Source: Deltaproteobacteria bacterium (GTDB taxonomy: Bacteria; Myxococcota; Kuafuiibacteriia; Kuafuiibacteriales; Kuafuiibacteriaceae). Taken from it: DNA of 32,229 nt. Shown here piece after piece: positions 18,221-26,981 of this stretch. Positions within the stretch are counted from its first letter, which is position 1; the number at the start of each line of letters is the position of its first letter. Under the pieces are notes generated by a model. It did not search any database and had not been told where the DNA came from. It was given only the letters and a program-made list of their open reading frames with translations. The stretch is from contig JAVJQW010000037.1 of NCBI GenBank assembly GCA_040218735.1, positions 1 to 32,229 of the forward strand, in the 5' to 3' direction. A program made the position numbers and the translations under genes.

Positions 18221-18399
18221 GCAGAGAAGTCAGGCAACCCGTAGACGACCATGTACGCGACATAGGACGCCAAGAAGACGACCCAGATGAGCGCGACGTA
18301 GAGCGGCACTCCGCCGTTGTCGAACGTCATGTTCGTTCGGTCGGCTTCGTGCTCGGTGAAGTAGTCCTTGTCCTGCTGTTCAGATGCCGAGTCGCTCAT
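18208..18399 (-). CDS. Small single-TM protein resembling the N-terminal anchor of CcoP (FixP_N-like)
   Basis: GGAGGAG RBS. HEADRTNMTFDNGGVPLYVALIW resembles the HExD...DNPxPxWW segment of CcoP N-termini. Confidence 0.65.
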   Translation of the reverse strand: MSDSASEQQDKDYFTEHEADRTNMTFDNGGVPLYVALIWVVFLASYVAYMVVYGLPDFSAWSG

Positions 18400-18682
18400 A
18401 TTGCTCCTCCCGTGCGAGCATTTCGTACTTGGCGCGCTCCATATCCTTGAACTTACCGGTCATGAAGCACCAGACGAGCAGCGAGAGCCACCCGGCCGCG
18501 ATTGCGAAGTAGACGATGATGGGTACGTCGAACGAGCCGGCGAACTCGGGGTTCGACATGGTGAACATGAACTCGGCCACCTTGTAGGCGAACGCGAGGC
18601 CACTGATCACCAGGCCCACGACCATCGACCAGATGATCACCAGGCGCGCCGGACGATCGACGGGGTGTTTACCGAGCCTCAT
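18380..18682 (-). CDS. ccoS: CcoS/FixS-like cbb3 maturation protein with an extra N-terminal TM helix
   Basis: Start at ATG 18682 (ATGA overlap with the ccoO stop). The C-terminal LLVWCFMTGKFKDMERAKYEML matches the W-x3-GQF-x-D-x-E CcoS pattern. Confidence 0.6.
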   Translation of the reverse strand: MRLGKHPVDRPARLVIIWSMVVGLVISGLAFAYKVAEFMFTMSNPEFAGSFDVPIIVYFAIAAGWLSLLVWCFMTGKFKDMERAKYEMLAREEQYERLGI

Positions 18683-19326
18683 TCCGTAGCCTCTTCTTTC
18701 TTGGCCTGAGCTTCTTTGAGCTCCTGGTAGGCGATCTTCTGCGGCGTGGTCCAGCTGCCGAGCCACTGCATGTAAGCGACCATCGCGATCCCGACCTCGT
18801 TCGGCTCCTCACCGTCGAAGAACCAGGTGTACCGCGGCATGATCGACAGCGGCGCGACGAGCTGCGGGTCGTAGAAGTGCGCAACGTGCCAGTCGTTGCC
18901 GCGGCGCCCGGACTCACGAATGAGATCCGGCCCGACGCGGCGCGTCCCGAACAGGTGCGGGAGGAACATCTCGTTCCGGTATTCGTCGGCCCACGAGACC
19001 TTACCGAAGCGGATGTCCTCGTTCGACACCGGACGAATGAACTGCGAGTGGCAGTGCCAGCAGGCCTCACCGATGTACGTGTCGCGGCCGAGGCGGAGCG
19101 CCTTGTGGAACGCCTCCTTCGTCGGTTCACCGTAGTACTTCTTGAACTGCTCCGGATAACGCTTCGACAGATCGATGAAGTCCAGCGAGGGCTCCGGGGC
19201 GATTTCGTCCAGCGTCTTCACCTCGACCTTCGAGAGGTGACTCACGGGCAGATAACCCGTGAGCAGCCCCGCGAACGCGAAGCACCCCAAACCGGCGATG
19301 AGTAGAATTGCAGCGAGTTTCTCCAC
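18679..19326 (-). CDS. ccoO: cbb3-type cytochrome c oxidase subunit II
   Basis: N-terminal TM, GRDTYIGEACWHCHSQFIRP, GTRRVGPDL, WHVAHFYDP, SIMPRY. Confidence 0.9.
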   Translation of the reverse strand: MEKLAAILLIAGLGCFAFAGLLTGYLPVSHLSKVEVKTLDEIAPEPSLDFIDLSKRYPEQFKKYYGEPTKEAFHKALRLGRDTYIGEACWHCHSQFIRPVSNEDIRFGKVSWADEYRNEMFLPHLFGTRRVGPDLIRESGRRGNDWHVAHFYDPQLVAPLSIMPRYTWFFDGEEPNEVGIAMVAYMQWLGSWTTPQKIAYQELKEAQAKKEEATE

Positions 19327-19339
19327 GATACCTCCCCGT

Positions 19340-20704
19340 TCACCCGTTCTTGGGTGCCGGCGACTTCGCCGTTTTCCACATGTTGAAGACCTGCAGGACC
19401 TGGCCGGTGATGATCATGGCCCCCGCGAACGTGCGCCCGTGCCAGAACGGCATCGACGACTGAATCGACTTCTCCCACTGCGCGAGGTCCGCCCAGAGGA
19501 AGCCCTGAACCAGGCCAGCGCCCGTCAGGTCGAGGAACATGAAGACCAGACCGATCGACGACAGCCAGAAGTTCCAGGCGTTGAGCTTGGCGCTCCACCA
19601 CTCCCGGCCCGTCACCTTGGGCCACAGGTACGTGACTCCACCGATCATCCAGAAGCCGAAGACTCCGAACATGACGAGGTGCGCGTGGCCGACCACCCAG
19701 TCGGTGAAGTGGATGATCTTCTGGAACGTGAGCGTCGTGTGGAACGCGCACTGGAAGCAGGTGATGAAGTAGAAGACCATCCCGACGAAGAACCAGCGCA
19801 CCGAGATGTTCGAGCGAAGCAGGTCCCCGCGTCCGCGGAGGGTCATGAAGAAGTTCACGATGACCGTGAAGACGACGAGCTCGACGGCGATGGTCGACAC
19901 CACCGCGCCGTACTGCGCGTACATCGGGATCGGGCTGTAGAAGAAGTGGTGGACGCCGTTGAGCGGGTAGAAGAACGCGAGGCCCCAGAACCCGAGGATC
20001 GACAGCGTGTGGCTCCAGATCGGCTTCTTCAGAAGGACCGGGACGAAGTAGTACATCATGCCCCAACCTAGCGGCGTCACGGAGAGGCCGACCAGGTCGT
20101 GGATGTACATGCCCGTGATCGCCGCCCCGCCGGCGCCGGGGACCAGGTATTGGGGCAGGTAGTTGCCCATGATGTACACGAGCGGCGTCCACACGAGCAT
20201 CGCGCCGAAGTACCAGAGCGACACGTAGAGCTTCTCACCCCGCGTCTTGAACAGCGGCGTCGCCACGTTGACGACGAGCAGAGCGACACCCACCACCGCG
20301 AGGTGGTCGACCCACGTCGGCGTCTCGCCCCACTCGATGGCCTGCGCGTCACCCAGCAGGATGCCGACGGCCGCGAGCAGCACGATGAGTTGCCACGCGC
20401 CGAGGATCAGCCAGCTCAGCTTCTTCGAGGCCACCGGGTGTCCGGTCAGCCTCGGCACCACCCAGTAGAGGATGCCGATGAACATGTTGATGAGGAACCC
20501 GTAGGCGATGGCGTTGGTATGGACCATGCGCCAACGACCCGGCGAGAAGATCTCGATCCCCTCGAGTGGGTTCAGGTCGGTCAAGACCAGGGCGTAGAAG
20601 AACCCGGCGGTGAGTGCGATCAGGAAGAACGACACCCCGCAGGCAAAGTGATACTTGATGATCTCGGCGTAAACGAGCTCACGGTTTGCTGGCTTCTCAG
20701 TCAC
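19340..20704 (-). CDS. ccoN: cbb3-type (C-family) heme-copper oxidase subunit I, divergent
   Basis: All six His ligands are present (RMVHTN, YIHDLVG, GVHH, GHAH), as are the helix VII Tyr (FYPLNGVHH) and EWGE. GTG 20704 after AGGGGG is the preferred start. Confidence 0.9.
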   Translation of the reverse strand: MTEKPANRELVYAEIIKYHFACGVSFFLIALTAGFFYALVLTDLNPLEGIEIFSPGRWRMVHTNAIAYGFLINMFIGILYWVVPRLTGHPVASKKLSWLILGAWQLIVLLAAVGILLGDAQAIEWGETPTWVDHLAVVGVALLVVNVATPLFKTRGEKLYVSLWYFGAMLVWTPLVYIMGNYLPQYLVPGAGGAAITGMYIHDLVGLSVTPLGWGMMYYFVPVLLKKPIWSHTLSILGFWGLAFFYPLNGVHHFFYSPIPMYAQYGAVVSTIAVELVVFTVIVNFFMTLRGRGDLLRSNISVRWFFVGMVFYFITCFQCAFHTTLTFQKIIHFTDWVVGHAHLVMFGVFGFWMIGGVTYLWPKVTGREWWSAKLNAWNFWLSSIGLVFMFLDLTGAGLVQGFLWADLAQWEKSIQSSMPFWHGRTFAGAMIITGQVLQVFNMWKTAKSPAPKNG

Positions 20705-20714
20705 CGTCGACCCC

Positions 20715-21590
20715 CTACTTGTCACTCGCCAGCAGGCGCTTCTTCATCTCGCGACCCTCGGGCGTTCCTCGCCGAAGCGCGATGTCGTTGACGTAATAGG
20801 CGAGGCCCCAGATCTGCTCGGGCTCGAGGCTGCCGGCCCAGGTCGGCATCGCCGTACCGCCGACACCGGCCGCGACCACGCGTGCGATGCTCTCGACCTC
20901 GAAACCCGTCTTGATGCGGTCCTCGAGGAAGTCGGGCGCCTTGATGGCCGCGCCCCAGTTGCTGTCGCGCACCTCGGACTCGAAGAGGTTGGCGCGCAGC
21001 TCCGGCGCCTCCTCACCCTCTTCCTCGTAGAGCTTGGCGATGTTCGCGCGCGACTCGTACGCGGGGTGACACGACCAGCACTTGGCGAGCCCGTAGTACG
21101 CGGCGCGCCCCGCCTCGATGCCCTCCGCGCGGTCCTCGGTGAATGGGTTCTGCCCGGCAGACACCGGCGCTCCAGCCGGATCCTCGGTCCAGTCGGGGTA
21201 GAACGTCTTGATGTACGCGATGATCGCCTTCTTCTCGCGATCCGCCAGCAGGTTGAACTTGGGCATCGCGGTGCCCGTCAACCCGATGTTCAGGACGTGC
21301 ATGTAGTCCTCGTCGCGCGGGGCCGCGCCGCCTTCGACGGAGCCGAACTTGATGCGCCCCACACGGAAGTCGCGTGGCTTCGGATCCAGGAACCGAGCGG
21401 CCGGCCCGTTCCCATCACCCTCTACGCCGTGACATCCGACGCAGTAGTTGTCGTACAGCTGCTTCCCGGTCGTGAGCTGCTTCGCCTCGCGGCTACTCAC
21501 ACCCCGTCCGAGCTCGTCCGGGCCCCAATCATCGGCCCCACAAGCCAGGAACATCGAGGCCGACGCCCCTAAGATCAAAATCCGTTTCAT
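20715..21590 (-). CDS. Diheme c-type cytochrome lipoprotein (probable CcoP substitute)
   Basis: Lipobox-like FLAC; CVGCH...GDGNGPAA...PKPRDF...TAMP and CWSCH...TAMP (two hemes with Met axial candidates). Confidence 0.85.
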   Translation of the reverse strand: MKRILILGASASMFLACGADDWGPDELGRGVSSREAKQLTTGKQLYDNYCVGCHGVEGDGNGPAARFLDPKPRDFRVGRIKFGSVEGGAAPRDEDYMHVLNIGLTGTAMPKFNLLADREKKAIIAYIKTFYPDWTEDPAGAPVSAGQNPFTEDRAEGIEAGRAAYYGLAKCWSCHPAYESRANIAKLYEEEGEEAPELRANLFESEVRDSNWGAAIKAPDFLEDRIKTGFEVESIARVVAAGVGGTAMPTWAGSLEPEQIWGLAYYVNDIALRRGTPEGREMKKRLLASDK

Positions 21591-21598
21591 TCTCGAAA

Positions 21599-23296
21599 TC
21601 ACTCCTCGCCGGTCGGCAGGAAATTCGTCGTTTCACTCGCGGTCACATGGACCTCGTGTTCGGTGCGACGGCCATCTTCATAGAATAAAGTCACCTTCGC
21701 TGCACCCTCCGGTGCCCTCCCGATCTCGAACTCACCGTTGTCATCCGTCCGCTCCACCGGACCCGACGTTCTCACGATGAGCTTCGCGCGCTCTTCCGGG
21801 TGGGTGTCGCAGAAGATGCGGTACTCACCCGGGCGCGGCACTGCGAAGGACTTACCTTCCGCAGAGGCGGGCAACGGGACGTTCTTGAACGTCTGATCGT
21901 CGCCGCTGATATGAAACGTGTGGAGCGTCTCGTCCCGGTTCTCGGGCACGATGCGATCCTTGGCCGCCACCACGTACACGGCACGCGCGTAGCGCGCGTC
22001 CTCGACGACCACGGACCACGTCTTCTTCTTGCCGCGCGGAGCGTCGTCGATGCCGACCAGGACGCCGGCGATCGGCGCACCCTGTGCGTCCTTCACGACG
22101 CCGTGGATCGCTCCGTACGCAACCGGTGCATCGGTGGCCTTCGGCGTCTTCGGCACCTCCGTCGGCGGGGGCGCCGTGGTGGTCGTGGGTGACTTGGCCT
22201 CGCGATCGATCGCGAAGAAGACGGCGCCGCCCACGATCGCGAGCGCGACCGCACCCATCGCGCCGAAGGCCCACTTCGGGAGCGGCTCGGAGGGACCGGC
22301 CTCCTCGGCCGTCATCTGCGCGGGCACCATCGGCTCGGGCTCGGGCTCGGGCGGAACGAAGACGGGCTGCACCGTCGATGCCGCCGGGGTGTCGGAGACG
22401 ATGGGGAGGCTGGCGCGTCCGAAGACGAGCGCCGGCTCCGGCTGCTTCGACGTCACGATCTCACACGCTTCGACGCAGGCGCCGCACCTCAGGCAATGGT
22501 TGTTCTGCGCGAGGCCGTCGATCGCGAACCCACCGATATCGTACTGCAGCTGCACGAGGTCCCGGGCGTCGAGGCCGACGGGACACGCACGGACACACGC
22601 GCCCTCGTCCTGGCACTTGCTCGCGTCGAACTGGATGCCGATCGGGCGCTTCTGCTGGACGACGGAGTAGTACAGACCGATCGGGCAGACCTTCTTGCAG
22701 AAGCTCCAGCCGATCACCCGCGCGAACAACACCGCCGAAGCGCCGAGCGCGACGACGCCCCCCCACGCGATGCCCGCGACCGCCGGCGCCGAGACAAACG
22801 CCGCGGGTGAAGCCCACCACAGCCCCACCGCCCCCGCGAGGGCCATCGCGAAGCCGAGGAAGATGCCGCCCCACAGCAGTCGCCCACGCAGCTTGTTCTG
22901 CGCGACGAAGGTGTCGGCGAGGCGGTTGAGCTGCCCGACTGGGCACCCCCAGCCACAGAACATGCGCCCCGCGACGAGGTTCACCAGGAAGGTCAGGAGA
23001 TAGAACGAGAAGATCGACACCCCCACGGCGACGAGCGCGTCGAGGAGCGGAGCGCCGCGGGTGCGCCACGCGAGGTGGTCACCGAGAAGCAGATCGACCC
23101 GCGCGATCGCGAGCGCAGGGACCACGAGGAGGATGGCGATCGTGATCGTCTGGGTGAAGCCGCGAAGGAGGCGGTACCGATGACGCCGTTTGCCCGTCGC
23201 ACGGAGGATCGTCCGGCGTTTGGGCTCGTATCGCTCCGGTACGGGAAACCTCGTTATTTCGACGACTTCGGTGGAGTCTGAGGCGGGCGCCTGCAT
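21599..23296 (-). CDS. CcoG/NapH-like membrane ferredoxin fused to a C-terminal cupredoxin-like domain
   Basis: GRMFCGWGCP, FCKKVCP, CQDEGACVRACP and CLRCGACVEAC, followed by a TM helix and NRDETLHTFH...GEYRIFCDTHPEE. Confidence 0.8.
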   Translation of the reverse strand: MQAPASDSTEVVEITRFPVPERYEPKRRTILRATGKRRHRYRLLRGFTQTITIAILLVVPALAIARVDLLLGDHLAWRTRGAPLLDALVAVGVSIFSFYLLTFLVNLVAGRMFCGWGCPVGQLNRLADTFVAQNKLRGRLLWGGIFLGFAMALAGAVGLWWASPAAFVSAPAVAGIAWGGVVALGASAVLFARVIGWSFCKKVCPIGLYYSVVQQKRPIGIQFDASKCQDEGACVRACPVGLDARDLVQLQYDIGGFAIDGLAQNNHCLRCGACVEACEIVTSKQPEPALVFGRASLPIVSDTPAASTVQPVFVPPEPEPEPMVPAQMTAEEAGPSEPLPKWAFGAMGAVALAIVGGAVFFAIDREAKSPTTTTAPPPTEVPKTPKATDAPVAYGAIHGVVKDAQGAPIAGVLVGIDDAPRGKKKTWSVVVEDARYARAVYVVAAKDRIVPENRDETLHTFHISGDDQTFKNVPLPASAEGKSFAVPRPGEYRIFCDTHPEERAKLIVRTSGPVERTDDNGEFEIGRAPEGAAKVTLFYEDGRRTEHEVHVTASETTNFLPTGEE

Positions 23297-23311
23297 TCTG
23301 GAGTGCGCCTA

Positions 23312-23327
23312 TGAAACTTCCGTGCCG
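23312..23327 (-). promoter_or_regulatory. Sigma54-like promoter of the oxidase operon (non-consensus -12)
   Basis: The minus strand reads CGGCAC-GGAAG-TTTCA. An A/T tract at 23347-23359 lies between this box and the distal upstream site. Confidence 0.5.
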
Positions 23328-23355
23328 AAGTCACGGCCACGCGTCCTTGTTTTTT

Positions 23356-23405
23356 ATATCCCGTTTGGTGACGCACCACGGAACCGGCGTTACCTCGGCG
23401 TAACG
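23356..23405. promoter_or_regulatory. Tandem putative enhancer sites
   Basis: A perfect palindrome CGTTAC-N6-GTAACG (23388-23405) and CGTCAC-N6-GGATAT on the minus strand (23373-23356) are 32 bp apart. Confidence 0.6.
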
Positions 23406-24778
23406 GGTGCCTCGGAACCCCCGCGCGGAAACGCAGCGTCGCGATCCACCTCGACGGCGACCCCCAGCTCGAGGTCGGCGAGCCACCGCCAGGCGCCGAC
23501 CACCTCGACGCCGCGGTAGTCGCGGTAACCGTCGAGATCGATGCCGCCGTTCCCGCGCACCGCGGCCTGCGCCATCCGCGTCAGGGGCAGCGTCCCCGAC
23601 GGGCGATGTCCGTCGAGGAGGTTGCCGCCGGGATCGAACAGGTGGAGCAGCCCGTGGCTGTCCCAGTCGAGCGGGAGGTCGCCGGCGAGGAGCTCGGCCT
23701 CGAATCGACTCGGCGACAGCATCGTCCCGCGCCGGTCGAACACGTAGCTCTCGAGGCTCGGGTAGGGGCCCGAGCTCGCGACGATGCGATTGAAGTCATC
23801 GACGCGCAACCACAGCGCCACGACCGCGAGGACACGACCACCGTCCTCGACCGGCGCCGCCGCGAGGATGCTCGGACGCACCGTCGCGCCGACCGCGCGC
23901 GGACCGGGCGGAGGGAGGTCGAGCACCGTCGGCGCGGAGACGAGGGCCTCGCCTCGAACCGCGCGCGCGAGGAACGGGTACTGCTCGGGCGGGAGCCGTC
24001 GACCGAGCAGCGCGTCGAGGCGACTCGCGACGATGCGACCGTTCGGAGTGAGGACCAAGAAGTCCGCGAAGGGACACCCGCGGTCGACAACGTGCATGAA
24101 ACCGCGGAGCCGCTCGCGCGCGGACTGCGCTACGTGATCGAGGGTCGCGACCGAGACGAGCTGTTGAACCGACGCCACGACCATCGGCTCCTCGGCCACG
24201 ATGCGAACGGCGTCGAGCTGGTGATGAAACCACATCCGCAGCGCCGCGACCTCTCCACTCAATAGAACGGTGAGCTCACGCTCGAACGCATCACGCGCGT
24301 GGCCCGAGTCCCCCGCACCCACGAGACCGAGGCGCGGCAACGGGGCGGCGATCGCATGCTCGGGCTCCGGACGAAACGCATAGACCGGACACGTCGCGAG
24401 ACGGACGACCTCCGTCACCACGCTCCCGCGGAGGAGACGGTCGAGCATCGTGCGCGCGCGCGTCGGGAGGACGATCAGCTCGGCGTTCTCGCGCGCGGCG
24501 AGCGCGACGATCTCCTGCGCCGGGTCCCCCTGGAGCAGGACGTGTTCGTGAGGGATCGAAGACGCGATCGGGACGGCGCGCCGCAAGGCCTCCAGGCGCT
24601 CGGCGCGACGACCGCCGCGGCGTGCTTCGTCGAGGAGCGGGACGAAGCCCTGCGTGTGCGAGGGCTCGACGTGGACGACGATCAGCGCCGCCCCGAGGTT
24701 GACCGCCTGCTGCATGGCGACCGCCGTCGAGCTGGACGCGTTCGCGCTCAGATCCGTGCAGTAGACCACCTTCTTCAC
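23390..24778 (-). CDS. USP domain fused to a Cache-like sensor domain
   Basis: Start re-called at GTG 24778 (VKKVVYCTDLS...GDPAQEIV...GSVVTEVV). The C-terminus ESYVFDRRGTMLSPSRF...GYRDYRGVEVVGAWRWL...GVAVEVD is dCache-like. Confidence 0.72.
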   Translation of the reverse strand: MKKVVYCTDLSANASSSTAVAMQQAVNLGAALIVVHVEPSHTQGFVPLLDEARRGGRRAERLEALRRAVPIASSIPHEHVLLQGDPAQEIVALAARENAELIVLPTRARTMLDRLLRGSVVTEVVRLATCPVYAFRPEPEHAIAAPLPRLGLVGAGDSGHARDAFERELTVLLSGEVAALRMWFHHQLDAVRIVAEEPMVVASVQQLVSVATLDHVAQSARERLRGFMHVVDRGCPFADFLVLTPNGRIVASRLDALLGRRLPPEQYPFLARAVRGEALVSAPTVLDLPPPGPRAVGATVRPSILAAAPVEDGGRVLAVVALWLRVDDFNRIVASSGPYPSLESYVFDRRGTMLSPSRFEAELLAGDLPLDWDSHGLLHLFDPGGNLLDGHRPSGTLPLTRMAQAAVRGNGGIDLDGYRDYRGVEVVGAWRWLADLELGVAVEVDRDAAFPRGGSEAPVTPR

Positions 24779-24920
24779 GGACCCCAGGATAACCGGTCCC
24801 GAAAGGGGACGGCGGTCACGTTTCGGCGCCCCTGGACGTTTCTGCCCGTGCGGCGCGTTGGGGTACGTCGTGGAAGGAATCGCTCCGGCGGGTACGGACG
24901 TGGTAGCGGTCGCTCCCTGC

Positions 24921-26981
24921 ATGTTGGTTTGCCCGAAATGTGGGTCGACCTATACCCGCGAGCAGGAGCGGTGCGGCCTCGACGGTGACGTCCTTGTCGA
25001 GAGCAACGTCGATCCGCTCGTCGGACGCACGATCGATCGCTACACGATCCGCGACCTGTTGGGCGCCGGCGGGATGGCGAGTGTCTACCGCGCGTCCCAC
25101 GCCTTCCTCGAGCAGGACTTCGCGATCAAGGTCCTCCACGGGCAGTTCGCCGCCGACAAGACGATCGCCCGGCGCTTCGTGCGCGAGGGCAAGACGCTCG
25201 CGCGCATCAAACACCCGAACGTCGTCTCGGTGGCCGACTTCGGCACCACCGCCGAGGGCCTCCTGTTCATGGTGATGGAGTTCGTGGACGGGCGGACGCT
25301 CTCGCGCGCGCTTCGGGAGGACGGACCCTTCCCGCCCGCGCGCACGGCGCACGTCGTGCGCGAGATCGCGCAGGGGCTCGGCGCGGCGCACAAGCGGGGC
25401 TTCGTGCACCGCGACCTCAAACCCGGCAACGTCATCCTTCACACCGAGGCCGGTCACGAGTCACCGAAGATCCTCGACTTCGGTCTGGTGGGGATCCTCG
25501 AATCCGAGGAGCCGCAGACCCAGCTCACGCTCCACGGTCAATTCTTCGGGACGCCGAGTTACATGTCACCCGAGCAGGCGTCCGGCGGAACCGTCGACGA
25601 ACGCTCCGACCTCTACTCGCTCGGCGTCATGATGTACGTGATGCTCACCGGGAGCCCGCCGTTCGACGGTGAGATCCGCGAGCTCGCGTACAAACACATC
25701 TCCGAGGAGCCTCCGCGTCCCCCGCTCCCCTACGCGGGCCTGACGTCGCTCGTGATGGAGCTGCTCGAGAAGTCCCCCGAGGATCGACCGAAGTCGACGG
25801 CGGAGGTCGTGCGCCGCGTCGACGAGCTCGGGCTCGTCACGCACTCCGGACGCCCGACCAAGAAGGGCCTGCTCGCCCGCCGCCCCAAGAAGGCGCCTCC
25901 GACCCTCCCCACGAAGGAGGCCCCGACCCGCTCCGAGCGCCCGATGCTGAGCGAGCCGGTGCTCGCCGAGGAGCGGGACTTCATGACGTCGCCGTCGGAC
26001 TACGGCGACGACGACTCCGTGGAGCTTCAACGCGAGGCGCTCGGGCTACGACGTCACCGGTCGAAGCTGATCGCGTTCGCGCTGATCGCGCTGCTCGGCG
26101 TGGGCGCGTGGCGGTTCGTCGAGAGCGACGCGTTCGCGCTGCGACAGATCCGCGCGTTCTTCTCTTCGGACTACACGCCGAAGAACAGCCCCAAGGTCGA
26201 GCCCATCGAGTCGGAGGAGCGCGCCGAGGTCGAGCCGGAGCGCGCGCCTGATCCGCCGCTCGTCGCGCCGAAGCCGATGAAGCCGAAGGCGCCCGTCGCG
26301 CCGCCCCCGGCGAAGAAACCCACGGCGCCGCCGCCGAGGAAGCCGGCCGTCGTCGAAACGCCTCCGCCTCCGCCTCCGCCTCCACCTCCCGTGGTCGAGG
26401 AAGAGCAAGAAGAGGAGGAGGAGGTCGTCACGGAGATCGCGCTCCCCGAAAAGGAAGAGGCGCCGGTCTCCGGCAAGACGTTCCGCGAGCTCGACATCGC
26501 GCTCGGCTGGGCGCTCAACAGCAAGGGCCTCGCGTGGGCGGACCTCGCGGAGGCGGCGGACGAGGACGCGAAGAACTGGTCGCGCTGGTTCAAGGCCGAG
26601 GGTGACCCGCCCCAGAAGATCCTCGACCAGACGTACACGAACCTCGTGCAGATCGTGGAGCGCATCATCGTCGACGCGGAGCTGCTGAAGCACAAACTCG
26701 ACCGCGCCGAGCGCACGCTCGGGCGCATCCCGCGCGACGCCCGCGGGACGCGACACGCCATGCTCGACAGCCGCCTCTCGGCGCTGCGCCGGGACGTGAA
26801 CAAGACGCCGCTGCCGAAGCGCGCGGTGGACCTCGCCGCGGAGATCACGCTCCTGGAGGCCGACGCCGCCGGAGAGCTCACGAGCGCGACCACGGCGCCC
26901 CCGCCTCCTCCGCCGCCGCCGGTCGAGGAGGACGAGGACGAGACGCCCGAGATCACCGACACTTCGACGTCGGGCGGCTGA
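24921..26981 (+). CDS. Hanks-type Ser/Thr protein kinase with TM helix and Pro/Glu-rich extracytoplasmic region
   Basis: CPKC...C N-terminus, LGAGGMASVY, AIKVL, HRDLKPGN, DFG, GTPSYMSPEQ, DLYSLG; TM segment LIAFALIALLGVGAW. Confidence 0.93.
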   Translation: MLVCPKCGSTYTREQERCGLDGDVLVESNVDPLVGRTIDRYTIRDLLGAGGMASVYRASHAFLEQDFAIKVLHGQFAADKTIARRFVREGKTLARIKHPNVVSVADFGTTAEGLLFMVMEFVDGRTLSRALREDGPFPPARTAHVVREIAQGLGAAHKRGFVHRDLKPGNVILHTEAGHESPKILDFGLVGILESEEPQTQLTLHGQFFGTPSYMSPEQASGGTVDERSDLYSLGVMMYVMLTGSPPFDGEIRELAYKHISEEPPRPPLPYAGLTSLVMELLEKSPEDRPKSTAEVVRRVDELGLVTHSGRPTKKGLLARRPKKAPPTLPTKEAPTRSERPMLSEPVLAEERDFMTSPSDYGDDDSVELQREALGLRRHRSKLIAFALIALLGVGAWRFVESDAFALRQIRAFFSSDYTPKNSPKVEPIESEERAEVEPERAPDPPLVAPKPMKPKAPVAPPPAKKPTAPPPRKPAVVETPPPPPPPPPPVVEEEQEEEEEVVTEIALPEKEEAPVSGKTFRELDIALGWALNSKGLAWADLAEAADEDAKNWSRWFKAEGDPPQKILDQTYTNLVQIVERIIVDAELLKHKLDRAERTLGRIPRDARGTRHAMLDSRLSALRRDVNKTPLPKRAVDLAAEITLLEADAAGELTSATTAPPPPPPPPVEEDEDETPEITDTSTSGG
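26361..26390 (+). repeat. Coding CCTCCG-type microsatellite (poly-Pro)
   Basis: cctccg x3 followed by cctcca and cctccc, encoding a run of ten Pro. Confidence 0.7.

Noticed and set aside
19340-20704. Calling subunit I a nitric oxide reductase (NorB)
   Set aside because: It keeps the helix VII cross-link Tyr, lacks the HLWVEG-type Glu, and is accompanied by CcoO and Cu-assembly genes.
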